Shown here one piece after another: positions 26,243-40,363 of a DNA stretch of 64,000 nucleotides (position 1 is the first letter of the stretch; each line of letters begins with the position of its first letter). The notes below the pieces were generated by a model. It was not told the origin of the DNA and ran no database searches. It saw only the letters and a list, made by a program, of their open reading frames with translations. A program made the translations under genes and the position numbers. Source of the DNA: Parcubacteria group bacterium (GTDB taxonomy: Bacteria > Patescibacteriota > Minisyncoccia > Moranbacterales > UBA2206); NCBI GenBank assembly GCA_041659505.1, contig JBAZYF010000005.1, positions 57,779-121,778 on the forward strand, given 5' to 3'.

Positions 26243-27912
26243 TGACCAAAAAAGTGGCGGAGAAAAACGATGGAGATCTGAGTGGCGATGTTCCTGCCGG
26301 ACAGGGAATCAGTCAGAATCTTTTGCGTGAGGTGCCGAAGAATATTCCGGGCAATGTTGTCAACATAATTCCCAAAGAAGTAGCTGAGAAATATGGCATG
26401 ATGGCTTTTGAAAAATCAGAAGGCATCTTGAAAATTGCCATGCTTTATCCGGAAAATGTTGAAGCGCTCAATGCTTTGAATTTTGTGGCAGAAAAAGAAA
26501 AGGCAAGAATTGAAACATACGCTGTTTCTCCTGATATTTTCTCTGGCCTGTTTGTTTTATACAATGAAACTAATGAAGCATTGAAGGAAGCGGTGGATTC
26601 TTTTGAGGACGAAAAATATCGGATGGATGTTGATGACAGCGGAAAGAGTGATAAAAAAAAAGAAAAGGAGATTCTGAAAGATGCTCCTGTGACCAAATTG
26701 GTAGAGGTGGTTATCAGTCATGCCGTGGAAGGAAAGGCAAGCGATATCCATATTGAGCCAATGGACAAAGACTATCGAGTGCGTTTCAGAGTGGATGGAG
26801 TGCTTCATGTCAGCTTGATTTTTCCACTTGAGATTGGGCCAGTGGTGATTTCTCGGATAAAGATTTTGGCAAATCTAAAAATTGATGAAAAGAGAAAGCC
26901 CCAGGATGGAAGGTTCCGGCTAAACTTCAATAAGAAGGACATTGATTTTCGCGTATCCTCATTGCCTGTGGTCGGTGGAGAAAAAATTGTGATGCGGATT
27001 TTGGACAAAGATGGCGGCACGGGCAGTATTGATGCTTTAGGGCTGGTAGGAAGAGCGAGGACCGATATTGAAAAAGCCATCCAGGAAACCTATGGAATGA
27101 TTCTGATGACTGGTCCGACAGGCAGTGGAAAATCAACCACCCTTTATACGCTGTTGAAAATTCTAAACAATGAAGAGCGAAATATTATCACGCTGGAAGA
27201 TCCAGTCGAGTACTTTATCGAAGGGATGAATCAAAGCCAGGTCAAGCCGGAAATCGGCTATACTTTTGCTTCAGGGCTCCGTACAGTTTTGCGTCAAGAT
27301 CCAAATGTGATTATGGTGGGCGAAATCCGTGACGGCGAAACTGCTGAACTTGCTGTGCATGCGGCGCTCACAGGGCATCTGATGTTTTCCACCTTACACA
27401 CAAACACGGCAATTGGCGCTATTCCACGTCTGATCGATATGGGCATCGAGCCCTTTCTTCTCTCTTCATCGTTACGGATGGTAATTGCACAAAGATTGGT
27501 GCGTCGGATCTGTGAAAAGTGCAAAAAGGAAAAAGAAATTTCTGCTGTTGTTGGGTCCAGGATAATAGATAAAATTAAAAATATTTCCGCTAAACAAGTA
27601 GAAGATTATGGAATTAACCTAACTGATGGGGTCAAGTTTTATCATGGCGAGGGATGTGATGCATGCAACGGGACAGGACTGAAGGGCCGGGTGGCTATTT
27701 ATGAAGCAGTGCCAGTGACGGAAGCGATAAAAAATATCATTATTGAAAAAAGAGGAAGTGAGGAGCTGATAAAAAAAGAACGTGATCGGATGGGAGTTCT
27801 TACGATCGAGCAGGACGGAGTCTTGAAGATTCTAAAAGGCCTCACGACGATCGAAGAAGTGGAGCGGGTTACTGAATGTAATTTTACCACGCTAGAGGAA
27901 GCTAATGATTGA
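26242..27912 (+). CDS. pilB: Type IV pilus assembly ATPase PilB (GspE family)
   Basis: N-terminal GspII_E_N-like domain, Walker A LMTGPTGSGKSTTLY, Asp/His boxes, and a tetracysteine CEKC...CDAC. Confidence 0.85.
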   Translation: MTKKVAEKNDGDLSGDVPAGQGISQNLLREVPKNIPGNVVNIIPKEVAEKYGMMAFEKSEGILKIAMLYPENVEALNALNFVAEKEKARIETYAVSPDIFSGLFVLYNETNEALKEAVDSFEDEKYRMDVDDSGKSDKKKEKEILKDAPVTKLVEVVISHAVEGKASDIHIEPMDKDYRVRFRVDGVLHVSLIFPLEIGPVVISRIKILANLKIDEKRKPQDGRFRLNFNKKDIDFRVSSLPVVGGEKIVMRILDKDGGTGSIDALGLVGRARTDIEKAIQETYGMILMTGPTGSGKSTTLYTLLKILNNEERNIITLEDPVEYFIEGMNQSQVKPEIGYTFASGLRTVLRQDPNVIMVGEIRDGETAELAVHAALTGHLMFSTLHTNTAIGAIPRLIDMGIEPFLLSSSLRMVIAQRLVRRICEKCKKEKEISAVVGSRIIDKIKNISAKQVEDYGINLTDGVKFYHGEGCDACNGTGLKGRVAIYEAVPVTEAIKNIIIEKRGSEELIKKERDRMGVLTIEQDGVLKILKGLTTIEEVERVTECNFTTLEEAND

Positions 27913-27953
27913 TTTTTAATTTAATTTTTCTAAGTTGATTTGTTTACAGCTAT

Positions 27954-28343
27954 ATGGAAGAAAGCAGGAAAAAAATAATGATTATCGAGGATGATTATTT
28001 TGTGCTCGATATCTATCACACAAAGCTGACCCAAGAAGGCTTTGAAGTGCTTGATGCGAAGGATGGCGGAGAAGGATTGGAGAAATTGCGGACACAAGAA
28101 AAACTTCCCGATCTGATCCTTTTGGATATCATCATGCCAAATCTGGGAGGATTGGACGTCCTAGGCGCAATCAAGCAGGATGAGCGTTTAAGGAATATTC
28201 CCATAATCCTTCTGACCAATTTGAGCCAGAAGGATGAAATAGATAAGGGATTGGAGTTGGGAGCGACTGATTACCTGATCAAATCGCATTTTACTCCATC
28301 GGAAGTCCTGGAAAAAATTAATAGTGTGCTTAGTAAAGCTTAA
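27954..28343 (+). CDS. Single-domain response regulator embedded between pilB and pilT
   Basis: KIMIIEDDYFVLDIY...LILLDIIMPNLGGLDVL...ILLTNLSQK...GATDYLIK. Confidence 0.8.
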   Translation: MEESRKKIMIIEDDYFVLDIYHTKLTQEGFEVLDAKDGGEGLEKLRTQEKLPDLILLDIIMPNLGGLDVLGAIKQDERLRNIPIILLTNLSQKDEIDKGLELGATDYLIKSHFTPSEVLEKINSVLSKA

Positions 28344-28347
28344 AAAT

Positions 28348-29418
28348 ATGCTACGAACAGAACAGAAAGTAAAAAATTTACTTCGGATTGCTGCTCAGCG
28401 TGGAGCATCCGATTTGCATCTGGTGGTTGGGCGTTATCCGACGTATCGGATCGATGGGCGGCTTTATCCGCTCAACCAAGATACAATTCTCACTCCTAGC
28501 GCGACTAAAGAAATTTGTGAGGTCGTTCTGGATGAAGAAAAGAGGAAAATTTTAGAAAAAGATGGGCAAGTCGATCTTTCCTATAATTTTGAGGATAAGG
28601 TACGTTTTCGGGTCAATGCTTTTATCCAGCAGGGCTATACTAGTATTGCTTTTCGGCTTATTCCCAGAGAAATCAGAACGCTGGAAGAATTGGGCGTGCC
28701 AGAAATGCTGTATGATTTTACGACAGTGTCTCAGGGGTTATTCTTGATGGTTGGGCCAGTGGGGCATGGAAAATCAACTACTCTGGCGGCAATGCTCGAT
28801 CACATCAATCACAACCAAGAAAGGCACATTCTCACAATTGAAGATCCGATCGAATATATCTATGAACAGGATCGCTCAATTATCAACCAGCGGGAAGTTT
28901 TCCAAGACACGGATTCTTTTCAGGGAGCGCTTAAGGCGGTTTTTCGCGAGGATGCTAATGTGGTGCTTATTGGTGAATTGCGGGACTTGGATACGATTGC
29001 TACCGCAATGACGGCAGCGGAAACAGGGCATCTGATCTTTGCTACCTTGCACACCAACGATGCTCCGCAGACGATTGATCGGATCGTGGATGTTTTTCCG
29101 GCTCACCAGCAAAATCAGGTACGTTCGCAATTGGCCAATGTGCTTTTGGCTGTAGTTTCTCAGCGACTGATGACGCGTGTGGACAAGGGACGGGTTCCGG
29201 CGATCGAGATAATGATTAAGAATCATGCCGTGGAGAATTTGATCCGGGAGAATAAAAGCTATCAGATCGGCAATGTTATTGAGACCAGTTCGCAAGAAGG
29301 TATGGTCACGATGGATAAGTCTCTGGCTGATCTGGTGCGCAGGGGCCTAGTTTCTCTGGAGGTCGCCACATCTTATGCGCGTGATCAGAAAAATTTTGAA
29401 ACACTATTAAAATATTAG
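28348..29418 (+). CDS. pilT: Twitching-motility/retraction ATPase PilT
   Basis: Walker A LFLMVGPVGHGKSTT, then ILTIEDPIEY and GHLIFATLHTN. A start at 28348 avoids overlap with the upstream gene. Confidence 0.85.
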   Translation: MLRTEQKVKNLLRIAAQRGASDLHLVVGRYPTYRIDGRLYPLNQDTILTPSATKEICEVVLDEEKRKILEKDGQVDLSYNFEDKVRFRVNAFIQQGYTSIAFRLIPREIRTLEELGVPEMLYDFTTVSQGLFLMVGPVGHGKSTTLAAMLDHINHNQERHILTIEDPIEYIYEQDRSIINQREVFQDTDSFQGALKAVFREDANVVLIGELRDLDTIATAMTAAETGHLIFATLHTNDAPQTIDRIVDVFPAHQQNQVRSQLANVLLAVVSQRLMTRVDKGRVPAIEIMIKNHAVENLIRENKSYQIGNVIETSSQEGMVTMDKSLADLVRRGLVSLEVATSYARDQKNFETLLKY

Positions 29419-29435
29419 TCCATTTTTAGAATTAG

Positions 29436-29450
29436 TGGTATAATAAAAAT
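29436..29450 (+). promoter_or_regulatory. Extended -10 promoter (TGgTATAAT) ending 6 nt before the pilC ATG: candidate leaderless transcript
   Basis: Reads agTGgTATAATaaaaatATG. No SD sequence is present. Confidence 0.35.
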
Positions 29451-30659
29451 ATGAAATTTAAATTCAAAGCCAAAACAAAAACAGGAGAAACTAGTGAAGG
29501 TGTGGTGAACGCAATGAATAAAGACGCCGCCGCCGCTATTTTGCAAAAAAACGAACTCTTTCCGATCAATATTCAGGAAGAGAGTGAGAATGAGTTGATG
29601 AAAACTATCAATAAATATTATGACAAGGTGACGGATAAGGACTTGGTAGTTTTTTTTCGCCAACTGGCAATTCTCATCGAGGCACGCGTTCCGATTGTGA
29701 CGGCTCTCACTGCTATCAGCGAGCAGACGAGCGGTAATTTTTTGAAAATTATCTTGTCCGAGGCAATCAAGGACATCGAAGATGGCGTGACTCTCTCCGA
29801 CGCTTTTGCTAAGCATATGGATGTCTTTTCCACCCTATCCATCAATATCATCAAAGCAGGAGAGGCTTCAGGTAATTTGAAAAAATCTGTCGAATATGTA
29901 GCGGATAATATTGAACGGAACTATGAATTGACCAGCAAGGTTAAGTCGGCCATGATGTATCCAGCTATTGTTTTGGTGGTGTTTTTTGTGATCGGTTTTT
30001 TGGTGATCACGCTCATTATTCCAAAGCTAACAGTGATGATTAAAGATCTGAACGCGGAAGTGCCATGGTATACAAATCTGCTTATCAATATCGGTGATTT
30101 TATGGCAGTTTATTGGTGGGCAGTCTTGGTGATTATTTCTGGGATAGTTGCCGGCATCGTTTATTACATGAGCACGGTTGATGGCAGGAGAGAGTGGGAT
30201 CAGATTAAATTAAAATTACCGATCGTGGGCGTGATGTTCCGCTATATATATATCACCAGGTTTTCTGAAAATTTGCAGGTTCTTTTAGCAGGAGGGATTC
30301 CTATCATTAAGGCGCTTACAATCGTGAGTGCTGTTATTGGCAATACCGTCTATGAGGAATTGTATCTGCGGACAGCGGAAAATGTGAAAAGAGGACAGAA
30401 TATGAGCGATATCTTAACTCGGAGTCCGCTTATTCCGCCAATGGTTTCGCATATGATAAAAATCGGAGAAGAATCAGGACAAATTGATTCCGTGCTCGGA
30501 CATATTACCAAGTTCTATGGGCAAGAGGTGGAGCTGATGGCCAAAAATATGTCTACGCTGATTGAGCCGATCTTGATGATCCTGATCGGTCTTGGTGTTG
30601 GCCTTATGGCGGTCGGAGTTTTGATGCCAATCTATAATATTGCCGGTCAGATTAAATAA
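29451..30659 (+). CDS. pilC: Type IV pilus platform protein PilC (GspF family)
   Basis: Two T2SSF repeats, three TM segments, and the conserved GEESG near the C-terminus. Confidence 0.85.
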   Translation: MKFKFKAKTKTGETSEGVVNAMNKDAAAAILQKNELFPINIQEESENELMKTINKYYDKVTDKDLVVFFRQLAILIEARVPIVTALTAISEQTSGNFLKIILSEAIKDIEDGVTLSDAFAKHMDVFSTLSINIIKAGEASGNLKKSVEYVADNIERNYELTSKVKSAMMYPAIVLVVFFVIGFLVITLIIPKLTVMIKDLNAEVPWYTNLLINIGDFMAVYWWAVLVIISGIVAGIVYYMSTVDGRREWDQIKLKLPIVGVMFRYIYITRFSENLQVLLAGGIPIIKALTIVSAVIGNTVYEELYLRTAENVKRGQNMSDILTRSPLIPPMVSHMIKIGEESGQIDSVLGHITKFYGQEVELMAKNMSTLIEPILMILIGLGVGLMAVGVLMPIYNIAGQIK

Positions 30660-30675
30660 AAGCAAGAAGTGTGAT

Positions 30676-31107
30676 ATGATATCAAAAGGAAAAAACATAG
30701 GGCAGGCGCAATCAATGCTTAATGATAAGAACTATGGTTTCACACTGATTGAGCTTCTGGTTGTGATTGCGATTATCGGAATTTTAGCCTCCATTGTGTT
30801 GGTCAGCTTGAACAGTGCCAGAGCTAAGGCGAAACAAGCTGAGTTTAAATCTGGAGTATCAAGTTTGAAATCTGCCTATCTCAGTGAGTGTAGTGATTCA
30901 CTCGGAACAACAACTGCCGTGACTCCACCACCTTCTGTTCAATCCCCGGCCTTTACGGATGAAGAGTGCGATGGAGATGGTGGGTTTTTGGATGCTATTA
31001 AGGTGACTCCGACTGATATTAGTGGTGTTCCAGCTACGTGCAAGGGAGCGACGATTACTGTTGAAGGTGCTGATTTCACTAGCGATCCTGATTATTCCTG
31101 TCCCTAA
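30676..31107 (+). CDS. Type IV pilin (prepilin with G|FTLIELLVV class III signal); the true start may be 30715 (MLNDKNYG|FTLIE)
   Basis: Reads [35 protein letters not shown]. Confidence 0.75.
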   Translation: MISKGKNIGQAQSMLNDKNYGFTLIELLVVIAIIGILASIVLVSLNSARAKAKQAEFKSGVSSLKSAYLSECSDSLGTTTAVTPPPSVQSPAFTDEECDGDGGFLDAIKVTPTDISGVPATCKGATITVEGADFTSDPDYSCP

Positions 31108-31263
31108 AAAAGATTATTGACTGATTTAATATAGGAATAATCTTGCCAGATCCGGCGCAGCCGGTATCCGCCTAAAACGGAATTTGGCAGGAAAAATAAA
31201 CACTTGGCAAAATCTCGAGTACTCGAGATGGCGCGAGGTAAACTAGAAGGAGAGGTGAAAAAA

Positions 31264-31737
31264 ATGAATACAAATAAAAAAGGTTTTACATTGATCGAAC
31301 TTTTGATCGTTATCGCGATCATCGGTATTTTGGCTTCAATCGTGTTGGTCAGCTTGAACTCAGCTAGAAATAAAGCTAACGCTGCAGCTATGAAATCATC
31401 GCTGTCATCATTAGCCTCAGGAGTGACATTGTGTTGCGATACAACTACCAACACGCTCTACGCAGGCGCTGGAGGCGCAGGTACTGATTTGTGTGTAGGT
31501 ACTGCTATCGGATCTGCTATGCCAGATACTCTTGATTTGAAGTTGGGTGCCTCAGGTACCGTAGCCTATACAGCACCAGCTGCTGGAAATTGTAATACAG
31601 CGACACCTTATATGGTAGCTACTGTTGATAATAGAAATAACACTGCTTGCTCAGGAACCTATTACATTTCTCCAAGTGGAATCAGGAATGGTGGTGTTTA
31701 TCCTGGAACGAATAATGGTTTTCCATCAGGATGCTAA
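31264..31737 (+). CDS. Type IV pilin (second major-pilin-like gene)
   Basis: RBS gaaggagaggtgaaaaaaATG. Reads MNTNKKG|[31 protein letters not shown], with a Cys pair in the C-terminal domain. Confidence 0.75.
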   Translation: MNTNKKGFTLIELLIVIAIIGILASIVLVSLNSARNKANAAAMKSSLSSLASGVTLCCDTTTNTLYAGAGGAGTDLCVGTAIGSAMPDTLDLKLGASGTVAYTAPAAGNCNTATPYMVATVDNRNNTACSGTYYISPSGIRNGGVYPGTNNGFPSGC

Positions 31738-31928
31738 GCTGATTGAAATTTTCTTTGCTTGCCAATCTGCATATGCATTGGTTGGCGATAAGATCAAAGA
31801 GGGTAAGTTTTGCGACTTGCCCTTTTGGTTTTTTTGGCGAAGTAAGCTGTTGTATTTATTCTAAGCCGATGATATAATAAAAACATAAAGACAAGTCTTA
31901 ATCTCCGATTCTCTAAAATATACTTATT

Positions 31929-32720
31929 ATGCTTATCATCTTTTTTCTTTTTGGATTGATCATCGGCAGTTTTCTCAATGTGGTAGTCTATCGCATCAGG
32001 ACGGCCGAAACGATTTTGGGGCGGTCGCATTGCGCGCATTGTAAGAAAATGATTCATTGGTATGATAATATTCCGCTAATCAGTTTTGTACTTCTAAAAT
32101 TCAAGTGTCGAGAATGCGGGGAAAGAATTTCTTGGCAGTATCCACTAGTAGAATTTTTTACCGGCATTGCGTTTATGCTTTTGGGTGGAAAGTTTTTTGT
32201 CTTAACTGATTCGGCTACTTGGTTTTTTACTTTCTATTATCTCACAATTGTCTCCGCGTTGATCGTTATCCTTATTTATGATTTGCTTTATTTGGAAATT
32301 CCCAGTATCGTGCTTTGGACAACGGTCGGTTTTGCTATTTTTTGCAACCTCTTGATTGATTTTCAAATGGCGAATTTTAATGGCAGTATCCTGAATAATT
32401 TGACTTATTCCGGTACGTTGGCTGCTTTTGTGGCGTTCATATCCTTTTTCCTGCTATCTTCTCTTTCCAGGGAAAAGTTTATGGGAATGGGCGATGCTTT
32501 TTTGGTCATTCTTATCGGATTGGTTTTGGGCTGGCCCAAAATTCTCTTGGGGCTGTTTTTGGCTTTTGCAATTGGGGCGATTTGTGGTATAGTTTTAGTG
32601 AGCCTGAAGAAGAAAAAAATGGGCAGTCAGATTCCTTTCGCTCCATTTTTGGCCGTGGGAGCAATCATTTCGATGCTTTATTACACACCTATCGTTAGTT
32701 GGTATTTGAAATTTTTCTAA
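31929..32720 (+). CDS. pilD: Prepilin peptidase PilD (A24 family) with N-terminal zinc-binding CxxC...CxxC
   Basis: LIIGSFLNVVVYRI...CAHC...CREC, multiple TM segments, and catalytic Asp residues in the membrane domain. Confidence 0.8.
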   Translation: MLIIFFLFGLIIGSFLNVVVYRIRTAETILGRSHCAHCKKMIHWYDNIPLISFVLLKFKCRECGERISWQYPLVEFFTGIAFMLLGGKFFVLTDSATWFFTFYYLTIVSALIVILIYDLLYLEIPSIVLWTTVGFAIFCNLLIDFQMANFNGSILNNLTYSGTLAAFVAFISFFLLSSLSREKFMGMGDAFLVILIGLVLGWPKILLGLFLAFAIGAICGIVLVSLKKKKMGSQIPFAPFLAVGAIISMLYYTPIVSWYLKFF

Positions 32721-33212
32721 ATGATGCAAGATAAACTAAAAATAAACAGAAAAAAGAGGCAGAAAGGTTTCACTTTTGTTGAGGTGATAATTGTGATTGG
32801 TATTGTTGGAATCATGCTTTCAATCGGGTTTGTTTCTTTGCGGCCAGCTCAGGATTTAGCTAAACTCAAGGCGGCACAGTCGGAAGTGGCGGCGGACATC
32901 AAGCAAGCGCAGAGTAACGCCTTGCAGGGGAAAATGACAGGAGGATCCGTGCCGAAATATTATGGAGTGCGCTTTAATGCTGATGGGAAAACCTACTATC
33001 TCTGCTACAGTAATATTCTAACTAGTTGCAATAATATTATTTATACGCAAAAGTTAAAAGACGGGGTCGCTTCTAATGCTGGCGGAAAAATGATGATGTT
33101 TGATGTTCCGAACGGAAATTATAAGTCTGCTGCTTTAGTAATAACCTTTACTCTTAATACAAAAACAAAAACTGTGACAATTGGAGCAAATGGATCAATT
33201 GCGCAAAATTAA
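32721..33212 (+). CDS. Minor pilin / pseudopilin (KG|FTFVEVIIVIGIVGIMLSI)
   Basis: Class III signal peptide with Glu at +5. Confidence 0.6.
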   Translation: MMQDKLKINRKKRQKGFTFVEVIIVIGIVGIMLSIGFVSLRPAQDLAKLKAAQSEVAADIKQAQSNALQGKMTGGSVPKYYGVRFNADGKTYYLCYSNILTSCNNIIYTQKLKDGVASNAGGKMMMFDVPNGNYKSAALVITFTLNTKTKTVTIGANGSIAQN

Positions 33213-33221
33213 GTTGAAAAA

Positions 33222-33794
33222 ATGTTGAAAAAAAACAAGAAGCACAATTATGCCGGTTTTTCTTTCATGGAAGTGATGCTTTCAGTGGCAGTCCTGTCGA
33301 TCGGTGTCATGGGTGTTTTGCCGCTTTTTACTTCCGCACTGAGACAGTCGCTTGACAGTCGCGATCAGATTATTGGAGCTATGCTTGCGCAAGAGGGAGT
33401 AGAATTGGTACAAAATCTTCGGGATAATAACTTTAAAAATAGAGTAGATGCATTTTCTGGGGCATTTCCTGCTGATGATACCGTTAATTGTCGGATTGAT
33501 TTTCAGTCTGCATTAGACTGCTCATCGACATTGTTTAGACTTTATGCTGATAATGTGACAAATTTCTATAAACATTCAACAACTTCCGCAACAATTACAA
33601 AATTTCGAAGAAGAGTAAATATAGACTACTCGCTAATTGACGGTTCTGATTCAGATGCTGAAAATGCCGCAAAAGCCAAGGTCTATGTCACTGCGGGTTG
33701 GGGGGCCGCTGGACTGCCCAGTTCTCCTAATTCTAGCAATTGCAATACCAATAATAAATGCGCTTTTGCTATTGTAACGTTAACAAAATGGTAA
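33222..33794 (+). CDS. Minor pilin (PilV-like; YAG|FSFMEVMLSVAVLSIGV)
   Basis: Prepilin-type N-terminus. Confidence 0.55.
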   Translation: MLKKNKKHNYAGFSFMEVMLSVAVLSIGVMGVLPLFTSALRQSLDSRDQIIGAMLAQEGVELVQNLRDNNFKNRVDAFSGAFPADDTVNCRIDFQSALDCSSTLFRLYADNVTNFYKHSTTSATITKFRRRVNIDYSLIDGSDSDAENAAKAKVYVTAGWGAAGLPSSPNSSNCNTNNKCAFAIVTLTKW

Positions 33795-34348
33795 AAAAAC
33801 TAAAAAAGGGCAGGAAAAATTATTATGGTTTTTCAATGTTGGAAGTAATGATTTCCGTTTCTATTTTTACCGTGGTGATTTTTGCTGTGACTGCTACTTA
33901 TGCGAGAACTTTTAGCGCTGGCCAGAAAAGTCGCATCGTGCAGCGTAATATGGAAGCAAGTCGCACAGCTATGGAAGCTATGGCTAAAAATATGCGGATG
34001 AGTACTAAATTAATGGTGGATGCGACCAAAAAGACAGTAATAATGTTTAATAATTCTCAAGCCACATGCATCAGATATAGCTTTACTGGAGGGAGCCTGA
34101 CAAGTCTTTTTTATCCTTCAGATCCAGCCTACTCGCCAGGTGATTTGGAATATCCCGATTGTAGTACGGCCAGCGGGACTCCGACTGAGCTAATTTCTGC
34201 GGATGTGGATGGAATTTTTGAGGTTACGCCGACTTCGGCTACTCCCAAAGTCGTAGGCAAGGCAACTGTCCTACTCAATATTGGCAATGGTGTGGATGCC
34301 CAGCATATCCAAACCAGTATTTCTTTCCGAGATTTTGACTACGAATAG
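33788..34348 (+). CDS. Minor pilin (PilW-like; YYG|FSMLEVMISVSIFTVVI)
   Basis: Prepilin-type N-terminus. Start placed at the internal Met at 33788. Confidence 0.5.
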   Translation: MVKKLKKGRKNYYGFSMLEVMISVSIFTVVIFAVTATYARTFSAGQKSRIVQRNMEASRTAMEAMAKNMRMSTKLMVDATKKTVIMFNNSQATCIRYSFTGGSLTSLFYPSDPAYSPGDLEYPDCSTASGTPTELISADVDGIFEVTPTSATPKVVGKATVLLNIGNGVDAQHIQTSISFRDFDYE

Positions 34349-34463
34349 CTATCTATGTTTGCTAGTCTCCACGCTGGATATTGTGATAAGAGTGAAATAA
34401 TTAATTTAAATTTTTCAAAGGAGTCCCGGTCTTTTTTTAGGGCCAGAACTTCAAAATAAAAAG

Positions 34464-37801
<3,338 letters not shown>

Positions 37802-37803
<2 letters not shown>

Positions 37804-37935
37804 TAATTTTTAATTTTTAATTTTTAATTTTGTAAATAAATCTTAATTTTTAATGTTTAAACCAGCGTAAACAAGTTGGTTTAAAAATTCTAGCATTAAA
37901 AATTATTTAAAAATTACAAAATTACAAAATTACAA
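37802..37935. repeat. AT-rich intergenic region with heptanucleotide tandem repeats (AATTTTT x4 at 37802-37830; ACAAAAT x3-4 at 37907-37935) flanking a long imperfect hairpin (TTTAAACCA...TGGTTTAAA)
   Basis: Read directly from the sequence. Confidence 0.6.
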
Positions 37936-37947
37936 AATTATTATCAG

Positions 37948-39411
37948 ATGATAAGAGAATTGCATAATAAATTAGTTAACAAAGAAATAACTTCTGTTGA
38001 TTTAACGCAACAGTATTTCGACGTGATTGAAAAAAAAGACAAAGATATTTTTGCCTATCTAACTTTGACCAAAGATTTAGCTTTAGTCCAAGCCAGGGCA
38101 GTCGATGAGAAAATTGCGCGCGGCGAAAAAATAGAATTACTTGAGGGAATTCCAGGAGCAATCAAGGACAATCTTTGTATTGCCGGGGTGCGGACAACTG
38201 CTTCTTCTAAAATTCTAGATAATTATATCGCCCCCTACGATGCGACAGTAATTGAAAAGCTGAAAGAAGCTGGCGCGGTATTTCTGGGAAAGACCAATCT
38301 GGACGAATTTGCGATGGGATCCTCGACGGAAAATAGCGCTTATGGCCCGACTAAAAATCCGCGTGATTTGACGCGTGTGCCAGGCGGTTCATCAGGTGGA
38401 TCGGCAGCGGCCGTGGCATCAGGCGAGGCTGTTTGGGCATTAGGAACGGACACGGGCGGATCAATCCGTGAACCAGCTTCCTTTTGCGGGTTGGTGGGAC
38501 TGAAACCAACCTATGGCCGTGTTTCTCGTTATGGGGCAATTGCCATGGCATCGAGCCTTGATCAGATCGGACCAATCACGAAAACCGTCGAAGACGCGGC
38601 AATCGTTCTGAGCATCATTGCCGGGCAAGATAAAATGGATGCAACAAGTGCGCATAGCGCGGGTAAGGATTATACGAATTATCTGACCGGAGAAGTGAAG
38701 GGTCTGCGGATCGGGATCGTATTGGAACATATCTCCGGATTGGGCGAGCAAGAACAAAAATCGATCAACGCCGTGGTTGAGACTTATAAAAAACTGGGCG
38801 CAGAAATCGTAGAGATTGAATTGCCTCATTCCAAATATTCTCTGGCGACCTATTATATCATCCAGCCTTGTGAAGTCAGTTCCAATTTGGCGCGTTATGA
38901 TGGCATTCGCTATGGACTTTCGATCAACGATGAAAAGGATGAGGTGAATTCCAATCTTTCGGAAAACGGACTGCCAAAGAAATTATTGGAAACGTATCTT
39001 GACTCTCGTCACTATGGTCTGGGCAAGGAAGTGCAGAGGCGGATCATGTTGGGAGCTTATTCGCTTTCCTCCGGGTACTATGATGCCTATTATCTCAAAG
39101 CGCAAAAAGTACGGACACTAATCAAACAGGATTTTGAGAAAGCGTTCGAGAAAGTCGATTTGATTCTCATGCCAACCGCGCCGACCCCCGCTTTTAAGAT
39201 CGGTGAAAAAACGCAAGACCCGTTGGAGATGTATCTAGCTGATATGTTTTCTATCACCGCCAATATTGTCGGAGTGCCGGCAATTTCCCTGCCTGCTCCG
39301 GAAGTTGAAGTTGATAATAAATCACTTCCGTTCGGATTTCAATTGATGGCCAAATGGTTTGATGAAGAAAACCTGCTCCGCGCGGCGCATGCTTACGAGA
39401 TCAATAAATAA
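37948..39411 (+). CDS. gatA: Glutamyl-tRNA(Gln) amidotransferase subunit A
   Basis: Amidase signature GGSSGGSAAAVA, plus Ser-cisSer-Lys triad context. Confidence 0.85.
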   Translation: MIRELHNKLVNKEITSVDLTQQYFDVIEKKDKDIFAYLTLTKDLALVQARAVDEKIARGEKIELLEGIPGAIKDNLCIAGVRTTASSKILDNYIAPYDATVIEKLKEAGAVFLGKTNLDEFAMGSSTENSAYGPTKNPRDLTRVPGGSSGGSAAAVASGEAVWALGTDTGGSIREPASFCGLVGLKPTYGRVSRYGAIAMASSLDQIGPITKTVEDAAIVLSIIAGQDKMDATSAHSAGKDYTNYLTGEVKGLRIGIVLEHISGLGEQEQKSINAVVETYKKLGAEIVEIELPHSKYSLATYYIIQPCEVSSNLARYDGIRYGLSINDEKDEVNSNLSENGLPKKLLETYLDSRHYGLGKEVQRRIMLGAYSLSSGYYDAYYLKAQKVRTLIKQDFEKAFEKVDLILMPTAPTPAFKIGEKTQDPLEMYLADMFSITANIVGVPAISLPAPEVEVDNKSLPFGFQLMAKWFDEENLLRAAHAYEINK

Positions 39412-39428
39412 TTTTTACCAAAATAAAA

Positions 39429-39968
39429 ATGGACGTACTTTTGGAAAATTTTTCCAGCGGACTCATTGCTCTAGCAAAAGCTTTTTCCACCTCAATGACT
39501 TTTGCGGCTATCAAACTGTTTTTGGAAGTTTATGTCATCGTGATGTTTGTTGATCTTGTGTTAATGCTCAAACAGCGCGGTTTGGGCGCTGACATCAGGG
39601 ATACTCTGGTCGGAATGAATATTCCGTCAGAGTTCGGAAATCGAAAAAATAAGTTGCGGGCCAAATGGGCGAAAGTAAGGGTGAGGCTTGAGAGCAAGAA
39701 CGAATCAGAATATAAGGTGGCGATAATTGAGGCGGACAACATCATTGATAATCTTGTCGCTCGGATGAATTATAAAGGAACAAATTTGACTGAGCGGTTG
39801 GACAGTATCACTCCTGGGCAAATTGAAAATATCGAAGATCTGCGCAAAGCGCATGAAATTAGGAACCGGATCATCCATGACGAAACTTTTGTCCTCACTA
39901 AAGCAGAAGCGGAAAAAATCTTCGGGTATTATGAAGATTTTCTGCGATTTTTCATGGTTTTGGATTAA
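39429..39968 (+). CDS. Hypothetical membrane protein
   Basis: N-terminal TM segment FLEVYVIVMFVDLVLML. No recognised motif. Confidence 0.45.
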   Translation: MDVLLENFSSGLIALAKAFSTSMTFAAIKLFLEVYVIVMFVDLVLMLKQRGLGADIRDTLVGMNIPSEFGNRKNKLRAKWAKVRVRLESKNESEYKVAIIEADNIIDNLVARMNYKGTNLTERLDSITPGQIENIEDLRKAHEIRNRIIHDETFVLTKAEAEKIFGYYEDFLRFFMVLD

Positions 39969-40030
39969 ATCACTGCTTTGTTGACGTTTGGTTTTTTTTG
40001 GGTTAGAATGGATAATAGTTCGAAAAAGAT

Positions 40031-40102
40031 AGCGGGATGGAGCAATGGCAGCTCGTCTGGCTCATAACCAGAAGGTTGTAGGTTCGAATCCTACTCCCGC
40101 AA
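40031..40102 (+). tRNA. tRNA with CAU anticodon (Met or Ile2-lysidine); position 1:72 appears unpaired
   Basis: Cloverleaf: anticodon loop CTCATAA, T-arm GTAGG-TTCGAAT-CCTAC, acceptor 3' strand TCCCGCA. Boundaries are +/-2 nt. Confidence 0.6.
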
Positions 40103-40185
40103 CATAGTAGTATTTGGTATCCTGACGTATCTGGCATTGTTTTTTTACTGCTAAATACAAATTACAAAATACCGGACACTGATGA

Positions 40186-40259
40186 GGCAGGGTAGCTCAG
40201 CCGGTTAGAGCGCAGCACTCATAACGCTGAGGTCGTGAGTTCGAGTCTCACCCCTGCTA
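40186..40259 (+). tRNA. tRNA with CAU anticodon (second copy; Met/fMet/Ile2 undetermined)
   Basis: GGCAGGGTAGCTCAGCCGGTTAGAGC D-arm, anticodon loop CTCATAA, T-arm GTGAG-TTCGAGT-CTCAC, acceptor CCCTGCT. Confidence 0.65.
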
Positions 40260-40363
40260 CAAAAAAAATTAAAATTAAAAAATCAAAGTGAAAAATTTAG
40301 GAAAATTGTCGCGAAGCGACTCCTTATTTTTTCATTTTGAGATTTGCATTTTACATTTGCAAC

